In this document: positions 44,202 through 52,635 of the stretch, in pieces
Position numbering within the stretch: position 1 is the first letter of the stretch
How the letters are laid out: every line of letters starts with the position of its first letter
Notes under the pieces: model-generated
Seen by the model: the letters and a program-made list of their open reading frames with translations, nothing else
Databases searched by the model: none
Told to the model about the DNA's origin: nothing
Assembly (NCBI GenBank): GCA_964580765.1
Contig: CAZOKW010000002.1
Span: 1-58,226, forward strand
DNA length: 58,226 nucleotides
Reading direction: 5' to 3'
Origin: an uncultured Candidatus Saccharibacteria bacterium
GTDB taxonomy: Bacteria; Patescibacteriota; Minisyncoccia; 2-02-FULL-40-12; IGHO2-12-FULL-4
Translations under genes and position numbers: made by a program

Positions 44202-44273
44202 TTAAAATTCTCTATTTTGTTTACAATCTAAATAGATGCTTTAAAATTTATTTGGTAAAATAAAAAGGTTACT

Positions 44274-45575
44274 ATGAAAAAAAAGATTTTCCTCTTGTTT
44301 TTTTTGTTAGGCGGAGTGTTTTCTTTTTCTTTGTTTGCCCCAGATCGTCTTTGGGGCAAAAACGCTCTGGTCTCGACTATTACGGTTTCCCGAGCCGAAG
44401 AAGAGCTGCTTCCAGCGGCCATTTCTTGGTTAGATAAAATTAAAGAAGGACAGGAACTTCTCAAAAAATCAGTCCCCTTAAAATATGTGGAAAAAAATAT
44501 TCCCCTCTATAGATCCAAAAAAGTTATCGGATACAGAAAAGAAATACAGCGCCAAGAAATCGCTTTAGCGGTTAAGGACACTGTTACCGGTCTTATTTTT
44601 GAAAAAAGATACTGGCTGGAAACGGAAGATATAAAAAAGGGCAACGCCATCCGTCGCTACTACTTGGAAAATGAAGAAAATCTGCCCCGGTTTATTCCTT
44701 TGGATATCAATGAAGATTTTGCGGTGACAGTCAGGTGGTGGAATAACTTTAATTCCGATTTAAGTATTGTCCAAACCGATTTGCCTCCGGAAGAACAAGA
44801 TCGTTTTGTAGTGGTCGGCAACAAGTTTTTAATGGAAAACAAAAATTTGGCTTACTCCGAAGATCAAACCGGCCAAGAATATTCCGATATTGTCTACACC
44901 CCTTATTCCGAAGCCCTGCATTTTTCGGAATTGACAATATGGGGCAAGTCATTTTTGGAGTCAAATGTGGAAATGGCTTTTGCCCGGCTAAAAGAGCTTG
45001 GGGTCTTGTCACGAGCCTTTTCCGGTCAACTGGCGGCCGATGCTGTTTCTCCTCAATTTGTTAAAAATTTATTTCTGATTGAACAAATCGATCCGCAAAG
45101 AATATTCTTGTCTGAAGACGGGGGACTGAAATTGGCCGAAAGAGTTTTGGTCCGCTTGGGCGCTAATCAAGAAAAAACATTTCGTTATACTTTTTCTAAA
45201 ACTGGAGCGTTGGGACTCGGCCAAATTATGCCGCGCACCTACGCTTCCATTGTCAAGGCATACCCCTTGGCTAAATTAATGAAAGATATTGACATTGGTA
45301 GAGTGGATATTCAAAATGGCATCATGGCCTCGATTTTAACCTTGGATGACCATTTGTCGACAGTTTTCAACAAAATGAATAAGGCGGCCAGAGCAAAATT
45401 TGAAGCAAAACTCTCCACCAATCCTGATTTTATCAACGAAGTGCGAGCGGCAGTTTATAACGGCGGGCCCGGCAAATATCGTCCGGCCACCGCCACCATC
45501 AGCTTACAAGTCAGAGAAACGGTGGATTTTGTCAGAAAATATAAAATGGTTAGAGATTTAAAACTGTTCCAATGA
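44274..45575 (+). CDS. secreted protein with a C-terminal SLT-like transglycosylase motif
   Basis: Signal peptide and 'GALGLGQIMPRTY'. I could not identify the catalytic Glu. Confidence 0.45.
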   Translation: MKKKIFLLFFLLGGVFSFSLFAPDRLWGKNALVSTITVSRAEEELLPAAISWLDKIKEGQELLKKSVPLKYVEKNIPLYRSKKVIGYRKEIQRQEIALAVKDTVTGLIFEKRYWLETEDIKKGNAIRRYYLENEENLPRFIPLDINEDFAVTVRWWNNFNSDLSIVQTDLPPEEQDRFVVVGNKFLMENKNLAYSEDQTGQEYSDIVYTPYSEALHFSELTIWGKSFLESNVEMAFARLKELGVLSRAFSGQLAADAVSPQFVKNLFLIEQIDPQRIFLSEDGGLKLAERVLVRLGANQEKTFRYTFSKTGALGLGQIMPRTYASIVKAYPLAKLMKDIDIGRVDIQNGIMASILTLDDHLSTVFNKMNKAARAKFEAKLSTNPDFINEVRAAVYNGGPGKYRPATATISLQVRETVDFVRKYKMVRDLKLFQ

Positions 45576-45614
45576 GCAGTTTTTTCTTTAGTTAAAAGTG
45601 GGTGAATATAGTTG

Positions 45615-45640
45615 TTATTATCGTGCGGTCGCATAATAAT
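45615..45640. promoter_or_regulatory. imperfect palindrome TTATTATCGTGCGGTCGCATAATAAT (candidate operator)
   Basis: Lies 7 nt upstream of the PaaX-like start. A second copy is at 46189-46213. Confidence 0.5.
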
Positions 45641-45646
45641 AAAAAT

Positions 45647-46180
45647 ATGGGAAACAAAAAAGATAAGTTTGTTGAAACATTAACTGCTATCATAATCGAA
45701 TTGCCTAAATTTTTAATGACCGCTTTTAGCCGCGATTCTTTTAGCAATAAATACCTGCGCCTAATGGGAAATAATCCCAAAATGATTTATAACGGATTTA
45801 AGAACCTTGAATACCGAAAACTGGTAAGCTCAAAGGACGGTAATCTTTGGTTTACCAAGAAGGGAAGAGAGTGGGTTAGATTGCGCAAATACAAAAGTTT
45901 GAAAATTAAAAACCAAAAGTGGGATGGTAAGTGGAGAATAGTTATTTTTGATGTACCGGAAAATCTAAGAAGCAAAAGAAATCAGCTTCAGCGTAAATTT
46001 AAATTACTGGGTCTTTATATGCTTCAGAAAAGTGTTTTTGTTTGCCCTTATCCCTGCGAAGAAGAGTTGGACTATGTGGCTGATTATTTGACTCTCAATC
46101 CTTATATTGACATTCTTCTGGCTAATTCGGTGGGCTATAAAGAGAAGGAGATAAGCAAGTATTATAATTTAAAAAAGTAG
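45647..46180 (+). CDS. PaaX-like transcriptional regulator (wHTH + PaaX-type domain)
   Basis: 'KWDGKWRIVIFDVPENLRSKRNQLQRKFKLLGLYMLQKSVFVCP' matches the PaaX pattern W.G.W..v.F.iPE..R..R..L...L...G. Start set to the ATG at 45647. Confidence 0.6.
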   Translation: MGNKKDKFVETLTAIIIELPKFLMTAFSRDSFSNKYLRLMGNNPKMIYNGFKNLEYRKLVSSKDGNLWFTKKGREWVRLRKYKSLKIKNQKWDGKWRIVIFDVPENLRSKRNQLQRKFKLLGLYMLQKSVFVCPYPCEEELDYVADYLTLNPYIDILLANSVGYKEKEISKYYNLKK

Positions 46181-46188
46181 CTATTTCA

Positions 46189-46213
46189 TTATTGTGCGGT
46201 CGCACGATAATAA
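46189..46213. promoter_or_regulatory. second copy of the TTATT(A)..GTGCGGTCGCA..ATAATAA palindrome
   Basis: Followed, as the first copy is, by AAAATATG. Here that opens only a 9-codon ORF. Confidence 0.5.
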
Positions 46214-46278
46214 AATATGCAGTGGCAACAAAAAGGACTCGGCTGATTTGATTTCCCAGCAAGTCCTGAAAAAAGTTT

Positions 46279-46298
46279 GGCCCCGCAGATGCGGGGCC
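46279..46298. terminator. bidirectional terminator hairpin between convergent genes
   Basis: GGCCCCGC-AGAT-GCGGGGCC, flanked by an A-tract and a T-rich stretch. Confidence 0.65.
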
Positions 46299-46302
46299 TT
46301 GG

Positions 46303-46596
46303 CTAGTTACTTGATTTCGAACCTCGAATATTGTCGATAATCCAAGAAGTTTCTTGATTGATTTTTTTTGCTTCGACGATTTCCTTTCGGATTACCAACA
46401 TGATATCCGGGAAAGCCGCCTCGATCTGGTCAAGTACCTGCTCAATTAACTCATCTCGCTCGTTAATTGAAAGATGCCTGAATCCTTGAGGTTCAAGAAT
46501 CCCGCCAATCACCTCTTGAATAGCTACCTCGAGCTTGTCTCTAAGAGCAAACTCGAACAGCTTTGCTTCCAGCGAAACTGACTCTTTCGTACTCAT
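46303..46596 (-). CDS. small acidic hypothetical protein
   Basis: 97 aa, with AGGAGGTAAAATG as SD and start at 46596. Confidence 0.5.
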   Translation of the reverse strand: MSTKESVSLEAKLFEFALRDKLEVAIQEVIGGILEPQGFRHLSINERDELIEQVLDQIEAAFPDIMLVIRKEIVEAKKINQETSWIIDNIRGSKSSN

Positions 46597-46697
46597 TTTA
46601 CCTCCTAAGGTACTACTCAAAGTTGAACACCATAATTATAACACAATCAATGCACTATTTGCAAGTTCGACGGGAAATGCTACAATTTCAAGGTAAA

Positions 46698-47957
46698 ATG
46701 AGGCAAAACATTGCAAAATCTAAGTCCAAAGTTTTCGTCGCGATGTCAGGGGGAGTGGATTCTTCGGTAGCGGCGGCGTTACTGAAAAAGCAGGGTTATG
46801 AAGTAACGGGGGTGTTTTTTAAACCCTGGGCCCCCTTCGCTGAAGCTTCCTCCTTCGGTAAACCTTCGGAGGACAAGTCGGGGGGCCACAATAGCCCGGT
46901 CTTTTACTGTGATTGGCAACAGGATAGACGCGATGCCATGGCCGTGGCAGAGGTCTTGGGAATTCCGTTTAAGACCTGGGACTTTTCTAAAGAATACAAA
47001 AACAAAGTGGGGGATTATATGATTAAGTCATACCGTCAAGGAAGTACGCCTAATCCTGATGTGATGTGTAATAAAGAAATTAAGTTTGGTTTATTTTTAA
47101 AAAAAGCCCTGAAAGAAGGGGCGGATTTTATCGCTGCCGGACATTATGTCCGGCGGGAGCCGGAATTTCCAGTTATTGAAAATTCATTGAAAACTAAAAA
47201 TTGTAAATTGAAAATTGCTAAAGATAAGAACAAAGACCAATCATACTTTCTCTGGACATTGACCCAAGAACAATTAAAACACTGCTTGTTTCCTATCGGA
47301 AATTATCTCAAGCCGGAAGTTCGTAAACTGGCTAAAAAATTCGGGTTGCCGAATTTTGATAAAAAAGACAGCCAAGGGGTCTGCTTTATCGGCCAGTTAA
47401 ACATGAAGGAGTTTTTGAAAAATTATATTCCGAGCAAACTTGGCAAAGTTATTCTCCAAGAGGCTCCGGGGAACAAAGTTTTTTTTGACGGCGCAAAAAA
47501 AACTGTTCCCACTGCGCCTCTGGCTAATTTACACTCTACAGATAAAGTTATTGGAGCACACGACGGAGCGGCTTATTATACCATTGGCCAGCGGCATGGG
47601 TTAAATATCGGAATTGGAAACGGCCCTTATTATGTTTCCGGCAAGGACTTAAAGAAGAATCTGGTTTTTGTGACCAAAAACGAAAAAACAATAGGCAAAA
47701 AAGAAATTATAATTAAGAATATAAATTGGATTAACCGAACCGGCCCAAAAAATATTTCTGTTAAAGCCCGTTATCGCGCTCCAGCCGTACCGGCTCGCCT
47801 CGCCGAAGCCGGCTCCGGCGGAGCGCGGGCCAAAATTGTAGTCAACGGCTCTATGATAAAAATTAGGACTGCCAAGCCGATTCGGGCAGTTACCCCCGGC
47901 CAATCGGTAGTTTTTTATCGCAACCAAGAAATGCTCGGCGGCGGGATTATAGAATGA
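46698..47957 (+). CDS. mnmA: tRNA 2-thiouridine(34) synthase MnmA, with two in-frame GC hairpin inserts
   Basis: PP-loop 'VAMSGGVDSSVAA', 'NPDVMCN', 'DQSYFL' and 'DSQGVCFIG'. Start set to the ATG at 46698. Confidence 0.9.
   Translation: MRQNIAKSKSKVFVAMSGGVDSSVAAALLKKQGYEVTGVFFKPWAPFAEASSFGKPSEDKSGGHNSPVFYCDWQQDRRDAMAVAEVLGIPFKTWDFSKEYKNKVGDYMIKSYRQGSTPNPDVMCNKEIKFGLFLKKALKEGADFIAAGHYVRREPEFPVIENSLKTKNCKLKIAKDKNKDQSYFLWTLTQEQLKHCLFPIGNYLKPEVRKLAKKFGLPNFDKKDSQGVCFIGQLNMKEFLKNYIPSKLGKVILQEAPGNKVFFDGAKKTVPTAPLANLHSTDKVIGAHDGAAYYTIGQRHGLNIGIGNGPYYVSGKDLKKNLVFVTKNEKTIGKKEIIIKNINWINRTGPKNISVKARYRAPAVPARLAEAGSGGARAKIVVNGSMIKIRTAKPIRAVTPGQSVVFYRNQEMLGGGIIE
46829..46887. repeat. Family-6 compound GC hairpin insert, in-frame in mnmA
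   Basis: GGCCCCC...GGGGGCC outer stem encoding 'APFAEASSFGKPSEDKSGG'. Shares GAAGCTTC/CTTCGGAGG modules with 55747-55778, 12509-12547 and 28286-28317. Confidence 0.7.
47791..47831. repeat. Family-5 GC hairpin insert, in-frame in mnmA
   Basis: CGGCTCGCCTCGCCGAAGCCGGCTCCGGCGGAGCGCGGGCC, matching 22405-22439. Confidence 0.75.
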
Positions 47958-47969
47958 GGTTTTTTCTTT

Positions 47970-47998
47970 TTGACGAAAAGCAGGCAATCTGCTATGAT
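47970..47998 (+). promoter_or_regulatory. sigma70-type promoter (TTGACG-17 nt-TATGAT) upstream of rny
   Basis: Spacing and hexamers read directly from the sequence. Confidence 0.5.
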
Positions 47999-48070
47999 GA
48001 AAAAGTAACTAATTTTAATATCTAAGCAATTAGATCTCATAGATGATTTTCTTGCTTCCGACAACAATTT

Positions 48071-49603
48071 ATGACTTTCGAAACAACGTCCATTATTTTG
48101 GCGGTTTTAGCGTTAGCGGCCGGACTCGGCTTGGGCTACTTTATCCGTCGTCTAATAACCGATAGTCGTATCCGTTCGGCCGAAAATAAGGCGCAAAACA
48201 TCCTTAACGAGGCCAAGTCCAAATCCCAGGATTTACTCCTGGAAGCCAAAAACAAGTCGCTGAATATTCTTGAGGAATCCAAGAAAGAGGGCCAGGAAAG
48301 GCATGCCCAGCTTTTGCGTATCGAAAAAATACTGGAAAAGAAAGAATTTGAACTGGAGGATAAATCCAAAGAAATTGACCTTGATAAACAGATCTTAAAA
48401 ACCAAGATAGAAGAAACGGAAAAATCCAAACAGGAAATTCAGGAAAAATTAAAAACCCAGATTACGGAATTGGAAAAGATTTCCGGACTAAACCGGGAAG
48501 AAGCGTTGTCTATGATGGCCCAAAAGATCGAGGTGGAATATCAGGATGAACTTTATGCTAAAGTCAAAAAGCTGGAGGAGGGTAACAAAGAAACAATCGA
48601 AAAAAAGGCCAGAGAAATTATGACCATGGCCATCCAGCGCTATGCCGGTTCTCATATTTCAGATATTACCACCACCGTGGTCAGCTTGCCTTCCGATGAG
48701 TTGAAAGGCAAAATCATCGGAAAAGAGGGAAGAAATATCAAAACCATAGAACGGTTGACCGGAGTAGATGTGATTATAGACGACACCCCGGAAACATTGA
48801 TTTTGTCCAGTTTTGATCCGGTGCGCCGTCATACCGCCAAGCTGGTTTTGGACAAACTAATCGCCGACGGACGCATTCATCCGGCCAAAATTGAGGAATT
48901 TGTGGAAAAAGCCAAAACAGAAATCAATGAGAAAATTAAAGAGGCGGGGGAAGCGGCTTTGTTTGAAACCGGCATCGGTCCGGTTGATCCAAAATTGACT
49001 TTTTTGTTGGGACGGCTGGCTTTTCGGACCAGTTTTGGCCAGAATGTTTTAATTCATTCCACCGAAATGACTCATGTGGCGGGAATGATGGCGCAAGAGC
49101 TGGGAGCTGATGTGACCATTGCTAAAAAGGGCGCCCTTTTTCATGACATCGGCAAAGCGGTTGATCATGAGGTGCAAGGTACTCATGTGGAAATTGGCCG
49201 GAAAATTCTGGCTAAATTTAATATGGATGAAAGAGTTATTTTGGCCATGCAATCGCACCATGAAGAATATCCTTATACCACTTTGGAATCCCGCATCGTG
49301 CAAGCGGCGGACGCTATTTCAGCCGCCCGCCCCGGCGCTCGCCGAGACACGGTGGAAATTTATTTGAAACGATTGGAAGATCTGGAAAGAATCGCCAGTT
49401 CCTTTGAAGGCGTGGAAAAATCGTATGCCATCCAGGCTGGCAGAGAATTAAGGATTTTCGTCACTCCAGTCAAAATAGATGACTTAACCGCCATAAAAAT
49501 GGCTAAAGATATCGCCAAAAGAATCGAAGAAGAGATGCGTTATCCGGGAGAAATTAAGGTTAATGTGATACGGGAAACTAGAGCGATAGAATACGCCAGA
49601 TAA
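48071..49603 (+). CDS. rny: ribonuclease Y
   Basis: N-terminal TM, a coiled coil, KH domain 'GKIIGKEGRNIK' and HD domain 'LFHDIGK'. Confidence 0.95.
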   Translation: MTFETTSIILAVLALAAGLGLGYFIRRLITDSRIRSAENKAQNILNEAKSKSQDLLLEAKNKSLNILEESKKEGQERHAQLLRIEKILEKKEFELEDKSKEIDLDKQILKTKIEETEKSKQEIQEKLKTQITELEKISGLNREEALSMMAQKIEVEYQDELYAKVKKLEEGNKETIEKKAREIMTMAIQRYAGSHISDITTTVVSLPSDELKGKIIGKEGRNIKTIERLTGVDVIIDDTPETLILSSFDPVRRHTAKLVLDKLIADGRIHPAKIEEFVEKAKTEINEKIKEAGEAALFETGIGPVDPKLTFLLGRLAFRTSFGQNVLIHSTEMTHVAGMMAQELGADVTIAKKGALFHDIGKAVDHEVQGTHVEIGRKILAKFNMDERVILAMQSHHEEYPYTTLESRIVQAADAISAARPGARRDTVEIYLKRLEDLERIASSFEGVEKSYAIQAGRELRIFVTPVKIDDLTAIKMAKDIAKRIEEEMRYPGEIKVNVIRETRAIEYAR

Positions 49604-49749
49604 GCAACTGTGCACATTTTACTTGCATAATTGTGCCAATAGTGTATGATTAGGATAAGTTTTGTAAGTTCAGCAGTGGAATTTCCGACTACTGCGAACC
49701 AAAAAAAGGTCGATAATCGGAAACTTAGCATTAAATTTTATTGAATTAT

Positions 49750-50025
49750 ATGGTTAAAAAAACTCAATTAGCGCAAACTTTGGGTGAAAAATTCAGTGTG
49801 TCCAAGAAACAAGCCGCCGAATGGCTTGATGCCATTTTTGATGAAATCGCCAAAGTGATCAAGACCGGAGACAAAGTGAACATTGCCGGATTCGGTATTT
49901 TCAGAGTAGCCGACCGGAAAGCGCGTGAAGGACGAAATCCGAAAACCGGAGAAACTGTGCACATCAAGGCCTCCAAAGCTCCTAAATTCCGCGCCAGCAA
50001 GGTCTTAAAAGAAGCAGTGCAGTAA
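49750..50025 (+). CDS. hup: HU/IHF-family nucleoid protein
   Basis: 'GFGIF.V..R.AR.GRNPKTGE.V.I' arm motif, 91 aa. Confidence 0.9.
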   Translation: MVKKTQLAQTLGEKFSVSKKQAAEWLDAIFDEIAKVIKTGDKVNIAGFGIFRVADRKAREGRNPKTGETVHIKASKAPKFRASKVLKEAVQ

Positions 50026-50094
50026 ATTATTTTGGATCCGCCCCGTCATCCGACGGGGCGTCCAGTCGAATGACTGGACGAAATACTAATTCTA

Positions 50095-50127
50095 AATCAA
50101 CCCCGTCATCCGACGGGGTTGATTTTT
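50095..50127 (+). terminator. rho-independent terminator
   Basis: ATCAACCCCGTC-ATCC-GACGGGGTTGAT plus TTTTT. Its CCCCGTCATCCGACGGGG core is duplicated at 50040-50057. Confidence 0.8.
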
Positions 50128-50189
50128 ATTTAAATTAGCATCAAAATTATTTTAATACTGATTCTTTGAAAACTAAGGAATAAAAATTT

Positions 50190-51344
50190 ATGAAAGTCGC
50201 TCTGATTGCCTCCAGCGGATTTAAAAGAATGGCTCCGCATTTTGGAGCGTTCCAGGCCTATTTTGAAGCGGAGAAAGCCGGTCAAGTTCCGCATCCGTAT
50301 TTTATTACCGGCACCTCGGCCGGGGCTATCGCTTCAGCCAGATGTCTGCCGTGGACAGAAAAAAATTTTCAGGAAGCCATCCAGGCGGTAATCAATCTAA
50401 AAAAATCCGATATCTACAGTATCTGGCATCTCACCGAATTATGCGGAGCCCTCACTTTAGGGGAGTCATTTCTAAATTTTATTCCCATTCTCCAGCATGA
50501 TTTTTTAAGAACGAGTCGCGGACAAATCTTAATTGAATCTGGTCGGACCGGAATTTCCTTACTGACTAAACTTGGCTTCTTTTATGAACTGCTCAAACAG
50601 CCGTCTATTTTTTCCAGCGAACCGCTCCGCCGGCTTTTGAAAAGACAGTTTGATTTTGAGGGCATCTGGAATTCCAACATCAAGCTGGAAATTCCAGCCG
50701 CCGACTTAAAAACCGCTCAAATGGTCTACTTTACTAATTATCTGCCGGAGCATCGCAACCATCACCAACGAGATGACCTGCTAGTAGACGCCGTCAGAGG
50801 TTCGGCCAGTACCGCTTTTCTTCCCGCTATTTCTATGGGTAACCGTCTTTTGGACGATGCCGCCATTTTGAATAATCTACCTATTGATCGGGCGATCAAG
50901 GCCGGCTGTGATACTATTTTTGTCATTATGCATATGCCTTATTTGGAAAAAATAATGATAAAAAACAACAGAATGACTTGGGTCGAAGAATTAAACCGGG
51001 CCATGGATATCGCTATCGGCCACAATACGAAATTGACTCTGCAATGGCATAATGGAATCAACAATGATTTGGAGATTATTGAGACACTGGAAAAAATAAT
51101 TGAAAAAATGTGGGATAATCCAAAGAAAACAGCAGAGCAGTTTTGTCAGATACGGGCATTAAAAGAAAAGATCAGCAAGCTTACTTCCTACGGCCAGACC
51201 AAAACCAAAATCATTCCCGTGCTTTGTGACGAACCATTACCTAGCATGACTTTCAGCCAGTTTAAGCCGGAATTTCTCCGCCAGGGAGTGGCGCTCGGAT
51301 ATCAAGCCATGAAAAATACTATCGCCGAAAACCCTCTTTTTTAA
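50190..51344 (+). CDS. patatin-like phospholipase with a ~130-aa uncharacterised C-terminal extension
   Basis: Nucleophile elbow 'GTSAGAI' (GxSxG) and the 'LDDAAILNNLP' (D-G/A) dyad motif. Confidence 0.75.
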   Translation: MKVALIASSGFKRMAPHFGAFQAYFEAEKAGQVPHPYFITGTSAGAIASARCLPWTEKNFQEAIQAVINLKKSDIYSIWHLTELCGALTLGESFLNFIPILQHDFLRTSRGQILIESGRTGISLLTKLGFFYELLKQPSIFSSEPLRRLLKRQFDFEGIWNSNIKLEIPAADLKTAQMVYFTNYLPEHRNHHQRDDLLVDAVRGSASTAFLPAISMGNRLLDDAAILNNLPIDRAIKAGCDTIFVIMHMPYLEKIMIKNNRMTWVEELNRAMDIAIGHNTKLTLQWHNGINNDLEIIETLEKIIEKMWDNPKKTAEQFCQIRALKEKISKLTSYGQTKTKIIPVLCDEPLPSMTFSQFKPEFLRQGVALGYQAMKNTIAENPLF

Positions 51345-51367
51345 ACCCCAAAACCGAAGGGGTTTTT
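51343..51367 (+). terminator. rho-independent terminator after the patatin gene
   Basis: AAACCCC / GGGGTTT stem plus a T-tract. Confidence 0.6.
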
Positions 51368-51405
51368 AACTTGCCCTTATCTTCAAAGCAGAGTAGATTG
51401 ATGAT

Positions 51406-52635
51406 ATGAAACTTCTGATTATTATCATTCTTGCCGCCGTCATGGCCCTGACGGGTTTTTGGATGTTTGAAAACAAGCAAACCGTTCTGCCGGTTCTGGC
51501 CGATCAGACCTATATTATTACTCCTCTGGAGAATGAGGTATTTCTTAAAAATCCTGGAGAAAATGATTTTGAGAAAATTGAGTCCACCCGAGAAATATTT
51601 GAAAAAAGTGAAATTAAGACCTCCTCCACCGGCCGGGCGCTTCTTTTGTACCCCAATGGAAGTATGGCCACTATTGATAAAAATTCGCATCTGGTAATCG
51701 CTATACTGAAGGCCAAAGGGAACCAATCGCGATTAGATTTAATCTTGGGCGGTGTGCTGGCGCGTCTTAAAAATATAGTCGGGTCTGATGACTTTTACGA
51801 AGTCAAAACTGGAAACTCGGTCGCCGCCGTCCGGGGCACGATTTTGGGAGTTCGTTTTAGTGAGTCAATCACCTCTGTTCTTGTTCTAGAAAATCAAGCG
51901 GAGATTACCCCGCTTGATCCAAAAACCGGCCAACCAATTAAGGAGGCAGGAATTTCCCTTAAAGAAGGGGAGAAGACGACTATTGATTCGGCTAATTTAC
52001 CTTCAGCTGAAAAACCAATGCAAGCTCAAGCACTGGAAAAAATTGATTTGGAAGATGACTTCATACGTAAAAACATGGATGAAGAAATGCTCAAGAAACC
52101 GGCGGTGCGCGCCATATTTGAAAAATCCAAAGTAAAAATACCCTCCGTTTCCCACAGGCCCCGTTTTGAAGATCTCCTAAAAGAAATTAAGTTAAACCCG
52201 GAACCTCAAGAACAAACGGCAGAAACTCCAAAACCAACTCCGATTCCGACTCCGATTCCGACTCCAACTCCGACCTTAACACCCAAGATTAATCTGCCGA
52301 CAGCCACCCCACGACCTTTGCCAACAGAGACCAGTAAACCGACCGGCTCTTCAGAAGCAATCTCTGCGCCGACCCCCATACCGCCACTTTTAGAATCAGT
52401 GGTGCCCCGTCTCGTTTCCTCCGGCCAGAAAACTGATGTCATTATTAACGGCCAGCGTCTCAAAGGAGTCAAACGAGTATTGCTAAATGACTTCCCGGTC
52501 TCCTTTTTCGCTCTCGACGAATTAAGCATTTTTGCGACCGTTCCGGCTGATTTCTCGACAGGCGTATATGGCATCACCGTAGTTTTAAGTTCCGGAGAAG
52601 AACTTAAATTAGCAGATATTTTAACCATCAAATGA
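51406..52635 (+). CDS. FecR-like domain protein with a Pro/Thr linker and a C-terminal IPT/TIG-like domain
   Basis: N-terminal TM, FecR-like 'SSTGRALLLYPNGSMATIDKNSHL...AAVRGTILGV', a 'PKPTPIPTPIPTPTPT' linker and a beta-rich C-terminus. Confidence 0.5.
   Translation: MKLLIIIILAAVMALTGFWMFENKQTVLPVLADQTYIITPLENEVFLKNPGENDFEKIESTREIFEKSEIKTSSTGRALLLYPNGSMATIDKNSHLVIAILKAKGNQSRLDLILGGVLARLKNIVGSDDFYEVKTGNSVAAVRGTILGVRFSESITSVLVLENQAEITPLDPKTGQPIKEAGISLKEGEKTTIDSANLPSAEKPMQAQALEKIDLEDDFIRKNMDEEMLKKPAVRAIFEKSKVKIPSVSHRPRFEDLLKEIKLNPEPQEQTAETPKPTPIPTPIPTPTPTLTPKINLPTATPRPLPTETSKPTGSSEAISAPTPIPPLLESVVPRLVSSGQKTDVIINGQRLKGVKRVLLNDFPVSFFALDELSIFATVPADFSTGVYGITVVLSSGEELKLADILTIK

Noticed and set aside
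50038-50078. Two extra hairpins after hup (CGCCCCGTC-ATCC-GACGGGGCG and GTCCAGTC-GAAT-GACTGGAC), considered as a possible riboswitch or sRNA.
   Set aside because: The first is a duplicate of the true terminator core at 50095-50127 without a T-tract. The simplest reading is a duplicated terminator remnant, and there is no conserved motif to support more.
52238-52275. A short-period DNA repeat (CCGATTCCGACT...) in the FecR-like gene.
   Set aside because: It is simply the coding sequence of a Pro/Thr-rich interdomain linker (PTPIPTPIPTPTPT). It is not a mobile or regulatory repeat.
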